The notes under the pieces: model-generated
Told to the model about the DNA's origin: nothing
Seen by the model: the letters and a program-made list of their open reading frames with translations, nothing else
Databases searched by the model: none
In this document: positions 36,648 through 49,800 of the stretch, piece by piece
Layout of the letters: every line of letters begins with the position of its first letter
How positions within the stretch are numbered: position 1 is the first letter of the stretch
NCBI RefSeq assembly: GCF_040938485.1
Contig: NW_027271302.1
Span: forward strand, 868,001-932,000
Direction: 5' to 3'
DNA length: 64,000 bases
Source of the DNA: Diadema antillarum
Lineage: Eukaryota
Program-made: the position numbers and the translations under genes

Positions 36648-39600
36648 TTATGTTTGCATAGTACTCCTGTGCTTTTTATTTCTTTTTTTTACTTGTTTTG
36701 TTGGCATGCTTAAAGCACCGGGCCCCATAGCTCTTAACTCCATTACACAACCGGAAGGAAAACAAGTCCATTGGGCTCGCGTATGGCTTGGAAACCGTTT
36801 TGAAGCGTATGAAATTCAGCTCCTGCTGAACGATCGCCCTGTGACGTGTATTGAAATCAACGAGGCTGGTAACACCACCGTCACCTTCCACAACGCTCTT
36901 CTGTGTGTCCGCTATGTGTTCAGAGTTCGTGTTCGAAGACACTGGAAGAACGTTGGACGGTGGCAAGAGAAGAATATTACATTCCACGGCTTGAAAGGTA
37001 ATCAAAAGTCTCTTAATAGAAAAGTTAATTGGAAGAATCGAATATTTCTATAAAGTATTTCATCACAGGTGCCATCTCTTAAAAATTCATACGTCTTTTT
37101 GATTTTGATAGAGTATAATTCCTGTAGACGCTTTGTTATATACTTCAATAGTCGCATGATGATCTCCAGCTTAAAAACAAACAAACAAACAAAGAGTTCT
37201 AGCTTCAAGCACGGATATGTCATTGTTGTATGTATGCGATACTGATTTCTTTCTCTCCATAATTAAATTGCTTGATCTATTTATAGGAGTAATCGTGTGC
37301 TATTCTACAGAAAGAAAAATAGTTCAGTTCTATTACGAACATTGTTTCTCTAGAAATACCAATTGACTGCGGTCCTCTGGCATGAAGACATTATCTCCCA
37401 ATCTGATTGTATGTTTGTTTGTTTGTTCTTTTAATGAAATGATCCACAGCATTTGTAGATATCTTTTATAGAAACATTCAAAGGCGCAGACTCCTCTAAG
37501 AGAGTTAGCAATTGAATGCCTGGTGAAAAATGTGAGTTTTGAGTGAGGCTTTGAAGTGATCCAGTTTATGAATTTCACGGAGAAAAGATGGGTTCCATAG
37601 GCGATGAGCGATAGAGGAAAATTCTCGGTCTCCGTATACCTTGAGATGTGTAATAGACATCTGAAGAGTAAGGCCAGGGCGAGGCTGTCGTCGCTCGATT
37701 GGGGAAGACGGGTATCCTGGGGCCAGACCATAAATATCCTTAAAAGTGAACAGTAGGATCTCGAAATCAATTCTATTCTTGATTGGAAGCCAATGCAGCT
37801 CAGCCAGGGGAGGGGTGATGTGATCATATTTCCTCAGCCCAGTGAGAAAGCGTGCTACTGCATTCTGTACTGCTTGAAGTCTGTTCAAGTCTGCAGATGG
37901 AAGGCCAGCTAGAATAATGTTACAAAAATTCAGTCTTGATGTTATGAGTGAATGGATAAGGCTTTCCGCTGCCGTCCTTGTAAGCAGAGGTCTAACAGCT
38001 GCAGTGCTACGAAGCTGGAAGTAAGCAATCCGGCATACCTGCGAAACATGCCTATCCATCTTTATAGACTGGTCAAAGTAGACCCCAAAGTAACGGACGC
38101 TACCTGCACGGGAACAGACACATTGCCGACCTGAAAATCCATGGAGACAATCTTATTTTTCATTTGTGGAGAAGAAATGATGATCTTGTCATCATTGAGT
38201 TTCATGAAGTTCTTCACCTTTCATTGTCGGATATCAGACAGGTACAAGGTCATCGTCGTAGCTGCTGCTGTTTCTTCAGTTGCCCTCTTGGATCAAATGT
38301 CACATAAAGCTGAGTGTCATCTGCATAGAAGTGGGGTTCCAAACCATGCAATGTTGACGTGCTGCGTTCCCAAGGGGGGAGGGGGGGGGGGGGGGAGGGG
38401 GAGTGTACAGTGTTACGAGTAAAGGTCCGAGGAGTGAACCATGTGGGATGCCACAGGTCAGGAAGGCCTCCTTTGACACAGATCCATCGATGTTCACAGA
38501 CTGTCTTCGGCAATGGAGATAAGATCTGAACCATTCCGGGGCAGTGGCGCTAACTATGAAATCCTGCTGCAGCCTGTGGAAGAGAACTTCGTGATCAATC
38601 GTGTCAAATGCAGCTGACAGATCCAAGAGAAGTACTATGGCTGCTTTCTTGTTGTCAACTGCTCGCAAGATGTCATCAGCTATTTTCAGAAGAGCGGTCT
38701 CTGCGCTGTGATCATGTCTCCTGTCAGTAGACTGCATGGGCTCATAGGGGCTGCAGTCCTGAAGATGTGACATTAGTCTTCTGCATTTTCGAGGACTTTG
38801 GCAAGGAACGGCAAGTTAGATAATAGGTCGGCAACTGCTCATCTCATCCGGATTTAAGGGTGTGTCCTTAAATACAGGAGTAACATGAGCCCGCTTCAGT
38901 TCTTCTGGAAACATTCCTTCCTGTAAGGAACCACTGATTATCCTAGAGATAGGAACGGCCACTAGTTCATAACTCTCTTTATCAATTGAGCTTGGAATTG
39001 CATTGATCCAAGGAACATGACTTTAGCAGGAAAGCTGCGGATAACTCTCTGTACCTCTACCGGAGTTGTGGGCGCGAGTGGAGTAAGACGCTCATCACAT
39101 GAGGAAGTTATATCACTGTCTAACCCTGGCCCAATAGCAAAATACATGTCTGACCGTAATTTGCATCTTCTAGACTCAATCTTACCGATAGAGTACCTTG
39201 AGAATTCAAAGGCTACACGACCAGGTGAGGAATGATGCAGTAGTGCCGTAGCTGCATTCCATCTTCCGGTACTAAAGCTTGTTGATGATGACATAGAGTG
39301 CCTTTTGGTCAGATCCACGATCAGTTGTTAGTTTATTGTAGTAGGCAGCTTTGGCACATATGAACGACTGCTTAAGTCGATCTCTCAGCTCTTTGAAGAG
39401 TTGCAACTGATTGATAAATTGTCCTACATCCACGTAAATAAGCACTGAATTGATCAGTGTTTTTAGCAGTAGCCATGATAAAAAATCATGGGCGTATATA
39501 CAAAGTTGTACTCGAGCAGGATTTGAATCTACGACCTCCTGATCTCCGAACTAGCGTCATCTCCACTAGACCACCGAACCTCCGCCCGACAGCAAATGTT

Positions 39601-42600
39601 GGTTCTTTGAAGAGTTTTTTATCAGATTGGGCATGAATCCGCCTCCATCGCCTTTCGAGCTGTCGCGGCATGCGTTTGCATTAGCGATAACCTCATTGTA
39701 CAGGGGACAGTCGGCTATTCCACAACAACAAACGTCTTCTCAAGAGCATGTTTGTCCAACAATTCCCTCAGAACCACATTATACTAATGAACTGAATCAT
39801 TAACAGCGCCACAGGTGTTAGAAAACAGACTGGAATAAATCAGGTCCAACTTAAGCTGAGTCAAATAAATAAAGTCTTAAACCCACGGTATACGTAGGTG
39901 ATCCTTTTCTTCTTCACAGGCTTATGTTTTTCAAGCTGAAGGAGACAAAGAACAGAGCTGTGATCTTATATCGAGCCCTGGATATGCACAGAATTTATGC
40001 TTATGGGTGATGGTCAGGTGTCCTGACTCGTAAGTAGGTTCATCCACAAAGCTTTAGTGTCACTGGATTGTTGGTTTTCCCAGTGGACATTAAAGTCACC
40101 AAGAATGAACAATTTTCCAGTGAGTGTGTTATTCTAAACTAAATGCAAATATACTTACTTTCTTTTTTAATTGGATAATATCTGTGCCTTGCAAATAAGT
40201 AATTTCATCACTGGACAATCGTTGGCAAACTTTACTTTTGAAGCATCAAGAAACATTTTGGTGTATTACTGTAGGAATGATGATTTTAATGAACACGTCA
40301 AAACCCATAAATAACAATGACAGAGGAACTCGTACACCTGGATGTATTTGTGTAAGCAACGTGTCCGCCTTTGGACGCTGTTGTTAGAGAAAAGAATGAG
40401 GGGAAGAATAGATACCGAAAAAAATAGTGAAAATGAATGTCAAGTTGTGATATTAGGTTAACATTTTATGTGAGAAAATGATACAGCTTCCTAACCTTGA
40501 CTGTCTTCACAAAAACATATCACGTATATAATTTCTCGAGAATGCGAGTATGACGTCTTACTTCGTTTCATCGGGTCATCGCGTTCGTGTTGGGTGGTCG
40601 CGTTTCCCGACCTTATACGTCAATAACATGCCCTCATATACGGCGGATCGGCGTGTATTAATATAGCTGTGCATGTCTTTTCTTAATGTAGGCTAATTCG
40701 TGTGTCCTATTCAGACATACAAATAAGTCTACAATAAAAAAGATATTGTACAAATGTAGAAAAATGCATGGTTGTTATACATACTTTATATCTACCTTGA
40801 TTGTTTTGATTATTTGATTCGTCTTTATTTTGATGAGAAGAAAATCACATCGAGTGATGTTTGCGAAGTACTGATTATGAAAAAAAAAATACTCACACAC
40901 ATACACACACACCGAGGAATTATTGTTGTTAAAGGGAGAACGAAAACTTAGCACAAGTTTTAGGTGAGAATGGTTGTCCCATTATTTTCTAGATAAAAAG
41001 ATAGATCACAACAAATTATACAACTGTAGTCCATAATACTCTAATAGGCCTAATTCATCAGCAACCTTTAACTAATGAAATTTTAGATTTTTATGAAATG
41101 GAAACTTTGTTCTTTGCTCGGGAATACTTTTGGGTAAACGATTTCAAAACTTCGCCCTGCAAAAATTAACAAAACAAAATGAGTAACGAAACAAAATACG
41201 CACTACAGGTTGATTCACATTTATGGAGTCCTAGCATGTGATGTTGTTGCCTCTGGATCTACAGGTACGAATCGTCATAATATCATATTATCGTGAGAAA
41301 CGTGGTAAAAATTCCCTTTGTATAAATCGTAGACAATAATGTTAATACTTCAAGCTCATGAAGTCTGTAAATATCTAATATTCATAGACTGGTGAAGAGT
41401 GGCTTAAAAGTTGTTCGTCATTATGATATTTCTCTCAGTGTGGGCAAACACTACATCTTCGACAACAGCGGAAGTTTCGTGGTTACTCTTAGAGCAATGC
41501 AGCGATTCTACAGGGTTATTTTGGCGTGTAAGCTACAGGCCTGTGCGGAGAGCTGCCTGCCCCGATGAACGCCCTACCGACACTGAATGGAGACAAACCG
41601 AAGAGATAGCACTCAATTATGGACAAATATCGAACTTCAAGGAACTACGGGACCTTGAGCCTTCCACAACTTACAATATGAAAGTCCAGCTTGTGCGCAG
41701 AGGTGAAAACATCGCTTCAGTAGTCGTTCCTGTCACCACTTTTGCTTCAGAAATCGGTATGTCTTACACGAGAGAACGACTGCATTGTTGCTGACAAAGT
41801 GTAGAACCTATACATACTTCATAAACACAAACAAATATACCCATACACACGTACACACAGAAGGCCATCTTATCGCAATTTGATATACCTTTTTAATAAT
41901 TTTTTGAAAAATTTCAGTTCTGTTTGGTTCATGTTGTAAGCCATATATTTCATTTTATTTACCTTTCATGCATGTAGGCCTACATGAAGAACGTGGTATG
42001 TAGGCCCTAGAAATCGTTATTTTTGGGTTGCAAACCATTGGTGAAAATTGGTGAAATGTTATGCTTGCCTAACTCATTTGTATGTTCATGTTATTGCCTT
42101 TGCAGTTTTGTCCCCTTTTCTTTTTCTCTCCAATAACACTTCTGTGCACACGGTTAGCATCTCTCAAAGCATCTCTCAAAGATATCTATAATGCAGATGA
42201 ATATTGATCCAGGTTAGATTTAATCAATATAAATTGGACTACTAGTATTTCATTTCAGTTTCATTTCGTTTACATATTGTTCATAAAATGGAAAATTTTC
42301 GTGAATGAAGTGGCATACACAATTACATATACATAGAGCACACATTTCAAGATGAAACAAAATGGTAATAAAACAGCACATATCTCATTAATTCATTAAT
42401 TTCATCCTGAAATAAAGGAGTGGATTTTTATAACATTTTCCAGACTTCCGTACTCTGTGTCAGGATTCAATGGGTACACAAAATCGTTCATCCGGACTGG
42501 ATATCCCCAATGCGGGTTCAGGGATAATGCCCAAGAGAAAATTCTGTATTTATCTCAAACATCAATTTTGTTTTGGTACAGAAGTATTAACAGCAATGAA

Positions 42601-45600
42601 TTTCTTCAAGTGTGTGAGGTGGTAGGGAGACCTTAGTTTTTTTTTTCTCTCTCTCTGCAGACGTAGACCAAATTGTAAGCCTAATTAATCATGGATCTGC
42701 ACAAGTTGCAAAATTGCTAAAATTCACGATAAACCAATGTTATGTGGTTAGCTGCTCCGTCATTGATCTTGGATAGATCTGAAAATATGTAAATCATTCA
42801 TGGGCGCCTTACATGTTGATGACATCATAACTGCTGATTTCTTGTTTGTCATAATTTGTAGTCATGATTCGTCACATCATTGTGTGTTTCTCTCAGTGTG
42901 GGCAAACCCTACATCTACGGCAACAGTGGAAGTCTCGTGGATATTGTTCGAGCAGTGCAGCGATACTGAGGGATTATTTTGGCGCGTTCTCTACAGGCCT
43001 GTGCAGAGAGCTGCCTGCCCCGATGAACGCCCTACTGACACTGAATGGAGGCAAACTGAAGAGACCGCACTTAATTATGAACAAATACCAAACTTTAAGG
43101 AACTACGAGACCTTCAGCCTTCCACAACGTACAACATCAAAGTTCAACTTTGGCGCCAATATGAATATCACATGTGGAACAGTGTACCAGTATCTGATTC
43201 AGCTGTTGTTAATGCCACGACATTTGCTTCAGAAATCGGTACGTTATGCCAAGAGGAATGCATGATCACAAACGAAATCTACATACGCACAGACAAACAT
43301 TAATGTACCGATACACTATATACACAGAATTTTTTTTTGATTTTTTCGAGACTTTCAATACCAGTTTTTACGTCTTTCGAAGGTAAAAATATTTTCAGAG
43401 TGATTGCTGAATTTTCATCTATATGACACAAATCCTGATTCGTGAAAGTTATACGTCATAATTTATTATTCATTTTCAGTCTATTCCGAGTGCTTGAGAA
43501 CGTGACATTAGGTTATTGATCCTTTCATTACATATGTGAAAGAAATATGCGCTTATCCAACTCATTTTCATACAATCTTCCCAAAATATTTATCGCAGCC
43601 TCACTTTACGTCCATCGTGTTTATGACACCAAGGATGAGTACTATTGTATAATGCATCCATCGCGTAGTTTGTTTGTATGTTTTCTTTTTATATCTGTGT
43701 CCCTAACAACCTTTCATTACAATCATTAGCACCTTGATGAGTGGGCTAGTCTTGAGTCATTGTACAGATAGATATTGAGCCAGGTATGAAATTTGCATTT
43801 TCTGCACACACACTCACACGTGGATACAAAGCCGCTTCGAAGCTCATCACCTGCGTCAATTTCAAAAGTACATTATATGCCGATAGATTTCGTCGAAATG
43901 TCCTATTTGGATATGGCGTGAAAAGTGAGTAGTATTTTTCCCCATCAAACTGTTGATGCATCGCTGTAGAATATTAACAATAACTCACAGAAAGTCAAAA
44001 CTGCAAGAACCTGACAAAACTGTAAGTGTACATTTCATAGGAATGGGTTAGGTTAGAGGAAGTTGGAAGAAATGGCATGATGTGGATAGCAAACGCGCAT
44101 CTCTGATTCAAGTTTTGTTGTAATTAAGTTTATGGAAGTAAGCATTGACATGGGAGCCATAAAGCCTTTTTATAAACATGACCACTTACGACCTCTGACC
44201 GAACTGTGGCATTTACTGCACCGCAGTGTTTCTGTGACCTGAGTATGTTTATGCATTTATCTCGGGTAAGAGTTGCACAATCTAGCTTCTCAAGAGACTT
44301 TCATTACAATTGTTACAAACGTAGAACTGATTCTATTTGCATCTGTAGGTACACTTTAAGTGGGAATTAAGGACCTGTGCTAAATACAGCTTAGGCCTGT
44401 CATTTTCTCTATTTTCAATTTTGTCTTGCTCTTGTTTTCCACTATTAGCGCCATAGGTGATTGAGAAAATAAAAGAATAGACATAGAAAAAACGATGATC
44501 AAGGTATAATCGTATAACTGTCGCTTCCTATATGACTAATGCAAATATACGTTATGTTTGCACTCTTAATTATATCTTTTCGTATTAAATTCACTTTTTT
44601 CGAATATAGGATCATTATCAGCGGAGTGGGTACACGGGACGACAATACGTTTGTCTTGGGTTTACCAAGTCACTGAGGGATGCACGTATGACTCCTTGCT
44701 AGACTTGGAATGGCGTGGTTATTACGAAGTCATCGATAGAGACTTATGCGAGACATTATCGCCAAATGAGTCATTTCACACAATTTTCCCTAATCGAGGC
44801 ATGGAATTTACAGGAATCTCTCCGTTGAACTCCTATAATGTATCTCTCGAGCTTGTGCGAAGGGATTATGGAGGGACCGAGATCACCTTATTGCAGTCAG
44901 CACATGTCACAATCGACAGCCTGGAATCAGATCGTGGTAGGATTATCCCAGCTTGATCCCAGCTATACCATATGTTAATGTAAAGTAACTGTCGCTGACT
45001 ACAGAAATAACATAATAGACTCTAACTAAGACTCTGAAAATGGCTGCGAGGTAGGCCTGTTCCATATTTTCGTCCGTACATGCGAAAAGATTCGCGTTTG
45101 TCATACACATATATTAGAATCCCAAAAACACAACTAGATCTGTTTTACATTTTTAGATTCAATTCGTGACTACTGCGATCATTGGTGTCGACAAAATCAA
45201 ATACTGTAGTCCCTATTATGAATGTCAAAAATAATATGGAGAAGTAATGGCCGTTTGAAACTGAGCGTATCCAATAACGTTTGCCATATGGGGGGGGGGG
45301 GGTCGTGATCAAGAGGATACTTGAATGATTGGACAGAAAACAGAATAACAATTATAGCATATTCTAAGAATTGATTTATACCAAATGGTATCTCCTTTCC
45401 TGCAGTGATCGTGGAACCATCTGCAAATGAAACGAACAGCTTACTGGTCCAGTGGTTGCTAGCACCCACGTGCTTGGGTACCTACCGAGTGCTATATCAA
45501 CCCTTCCAATACTTAGCTTGTCTCCATCATCCAGTCAGTGAGACACGACAGATCGCCATGGAGGGTCCTCAATACCAATCTTCTCGGCCCCATAGAAATT

Positions 45601-46813
45601 TCCTGATCATTCAAAATCTCACTAACTTTGCGACGTTTCAAGTTACCGTACAAAAGATAGCTGGAAGTGGGGAAGTGATAGCATCCGTGTCAGGGAAAAG
45701 TACCACCAGATGTGACAGTAAGTTCATCTTTCTCGTTGAAAATAATATCCTCTATGAGTACACCAACCTATCTGACAAGTCATGATTCTATAATCATAGG
45801 CCTCACTGATCGAACAGAGAGACACATCTAGAGGGAGAGGCGACACTCTTTCAAATCGTGCTCCATTTATCTCGTTTGTGTTTAACTAAAGGAGTCAAAA
45901 GGGAACTGGGAAATCGTAGCAGAAGCTTCGTTACAGGCAAAATATTCAATCCATTGCTTCAATCAGAAATTTGAAGTATTCTCATGATAATAAAGTGTAC
46001 AAGTGGCCTATTAGCCTCAAGTGGTTGACACATGCTTGAGAGTTATTAGAGCATCATTTAAATCACATTCCTTTTTTAAAATTTTGATCCCATAGTATAT
46101 TTCTGAAATGATGACAATCATCCTATCTCTGTACTCTATTAATTGTTACAATATTATGAGCTAATAAATTGTGAGAGTATGATCGTCAGTTCCCACAACA
46201 GTGAAACGTCACATTACAGTTTGCCCTCACACAATTCCAGCCAAAGCATTGTAAAAAATACTTTAATTGCGTGGTAAAAACAACAAAATAATTAGATAAT
46301 ATTCCCCTGGCAAGGAGACCCAACAAAGAAAAAAAAAACCTCTCTTTTACCCACAGTCTCAAAATAAATTTTCCTATTAATTTTATTTGAAATTAGGACC
46401 TTCTGCGATCGCCAGCAGGTTTAACGTTACCGGAACGACTGTATCCTGGTATCCGATAACATGTGAGAACGTAAGAGGGATGTTTGAATATTACGAAGTT
46501 GTATTGCGACGCCAACTTCAGGAAAATAGCACGCAACGTTATGAAGTCTATGAGAGAGAAAACACGACCGTGTCTTTTCACGCGGCATTACCGTTTACAG
46601 ACTACAAGCTTGCAGTCAGAGTTTGGAATACGGTTGGACCAAGTGCTTGGACAGAGACTGATTTCCGATGGGACACTGAGTTAGGTGAGATAAGAAAAAT
46701 AAAGTTATATATATATATGTTTTTGTTTGTACTCGTATTTTCAGAAACACTTGTATTCAAACTTTCAAATATACAAATGTATTACTTATGTGTATATATA
46801 TATATATATATAT

Positions 46814-46852
<39 letters not shown>

Positions 46853-49800
46853 TAATATATACATATACATACGTATATGACAGAAATATAGTGTAGAGTA
46901 CGATATGAGAACATTTCCCCTTTACTTCTGAGGGGGGCTAAGGGGGGTTGTCAAGAGGAAATCTTCCATCCCTAATTATCCATCCGGCAACTCGTAGAAA
47001 TCCTTTTTGTGTTGTGTTTGTCGAGTTTTATTTGTTTGATATTGGGAATGTGTTTTCTTCCGTTTTTCACGCAAATGTACATTTTTTTTTTGGGGGGGGG
47101 GGAGGGATGGGGAGGGGGTGAGAGATTGTCACTGTAACAGTAGCTTACTTGCGCCTTATGTTATCCATGTCAAACCACTTCCTTTTCGCACACAGAGATT
47201 TATGTATACATACACATACATACTTGATACATATGTATTGTTAATACCTTATTGTCAAGATTTCGACACAACTGTCAGTCTATACAGTGCTTGAAACACT
47301 GTATTCACGTATGCATTGTATATCTCCGTATTTTAAAATTTGTGTGTATATAAGGAGAAGTCGGTCAACACATTGACAGCACATTATTTTCCGTCATTAA
47401 TTCAGCAGTGACTTGAAATGNNNNNNNNNNNNNNNNNNNNNNNNNNNNNNNNNNNNNNNNNNNNNNNNNNNNNNNNNNNNNNNNNNNNNNNNNNNNNNNN
47501 NNNNNNNNNNNNNNNNNNNNNNNNNNNNNNNNNNNNNNNNNNNNNNNNNNNNNNNNNNNNCATATAGATTAAAAATATTACTCAAGTACGCACACATATT
47601 ATTTAAAGTACATCGTGCTCACTGTTAAAGACTAATTTTAGTTGGAAAGAGCATATCGTCCCTAGTTAATTTTCCAATTCTGTATCATTCTTTCGCAATG
47701 GTAGTGAACTCTCTGTCTAATTCAAACGGAACCACCATGGGATGCTTATTTGCCTTTGCGCTGATTCTCGGAGTAGCATGTTTCATGTAAGTGCCAGAAT
47801 ACATCAAGTTAATTTTGTGTCGTTTTGTAACTGTGACATAAGATCACAACTTATGTAGAGCAGCAATAATCAGTAGCCACATTCTCAGAAATAGTAAGCT
47901 ACAAAGAAGCTGAACGATAAGTACCTTGAGAGCTATAATGTGAGAGTCAACCGCTAGATCTTAACGCACTGAGTAATGAAAGCACAAGACCGTAAATTTA
48001 TCATCTATGGACATTGTTGACAACTTGTACGGTGTATCCATTTTGATAAGAACGGTTTTAATTGTCGTTCGAAGGACGATAAAGATAAAGAATAAGTGAT
48101 TTATAGCTGAAGGTTATTTCAGTATCTGGGCCCAGTAAAATGATGGTAGAAGTACGTGGAAGGTGATATACACGTAATATGTCTTACTACGAGTTGGATA
48201 ACAATTAATAAGTGGAGCTGTCAATAGAGCTGTCCATACAACGTGATGGTAATCCCCGTGTGTTACCATCAGATAGCATGTCCAGCATTCGGAAGAAACT
48301 ACGACAGAATACGGAAGTAAAGTGCACCCTTGACAAAGCAAAAAAAAAAAAGAAAGAAAGAAAAAGGTAATGATGAATGCAACATACATTTTTTCGATCT
48401 CGCGAGTAATTACTTTTTTAATCTCGTCACAATATTTATTTCGTACTTATTATGATTCCACAGCATCTACTGGAGGAGACGGAAGCAAAATATGTCTACT
48501 AGTGTTGCCTCTACGGTAGCCACTTCATCTAGAATCGGTGGGTCTCAAGAATATGGAGTAAATTACAGGTAAGCAGCTATCGTGCCTCGGCATGGCAAGT
48601 GCGTTTGGCGTCTCCCCAAAACCGCGGTGTGTTTTCATGTTCGCTTGTTCCATTGCTCATGAATGTTCCTTTCCTTTCTTCATTCTTCAGTTGTGGCTGA
48701 TTTTGTCTTTCATTTTTGTGTCAGTCACAGGAACATGGCTGGAGTTGAAGAAATCACAATGGGTTATGTTCAGCCCAGCAAACGTAAGCTTACAGTTCTC
48801 TTACATCATGTATATCCGAATGTAACATTTTACAAGTTGCGACATTACATTTTGCAACAGAAAAAAAGGAAATCTTGCTATTTCATCATTATGTTCCATA
48901 TCTTGGCTTTATTGTCTCTGCTTGTTTTTTTTTTTTACGTATTCCGTAAGCAAGGGCTCAGCTATACTCTCATCATTATCGTAAATACTGATAATGGACA
49001 AACACACAAAAAGATCGAAATTTTAAGACGATGTTTGAAGCCTTGTTTGCGAGCTAATGCATCTATTCAATAATGTTATAGAAAAATTTTATGGATTTGG
49101 AATACGAAGAATCTTTTATAGAATATAAGAAGAATCTTATTCACTCTTCCTTATGTGGACTTTGATTGAGAACCTAACTTATGTTTTTCTTTGGTCCGTC
49201 GACAATGTGAAACACGCCGAACTTTAATGCTAATTCACCCATCCTGAACAGATAATTGCCATGATGCGTGAATTCAACAAAGGGAAAAAACGGAAACAAA
49301 TCAACTAAAAAAAAAAACCCAACACACACACGAAACGAAACAAAAAAGAAACAAAAATCAATAATTATTGTGTGCTTACTTTTAGAGGATTATTTCGTAT
49401 TTACCACAGCGAATGGCTACGGAGATGACGACGATGGTGATGTCGACAATCAATTCCATTGTGACAAAAACAAGCAAGAAGCATCGATCTACGAGAATGT
49501 CCAGCCGGATGACCTGCGACACCCAGCTATTGCCATAGACCGACTGGCCGATTACATGGCTGAGATAAACTCACGGGGATTCATGGGCTTCACTGAAGAA
49601 TTTGAGGTGGACGGGTTTATCCACTCTTGCGATTACAGTTATTTACTAGATAGCCATTCTTGCCATGATTGAAAATATAGTATATCCATCTGAGATACGA
49701 ATGTCTGCAATTTTGTCTTTTACATGTTAGTGTTTGTTACGTCACGTGTAATTTTCGTTATATTATTACTTGTATTTTTGTCAATTATTTCTTATCGGTA

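Noticed and set aside
39520-39585. Functional tRNA gene
   Set aside because: The acceptor stem and anticodon arm do not form a clean cloverleaf; it has a SINE tail and a TSD.
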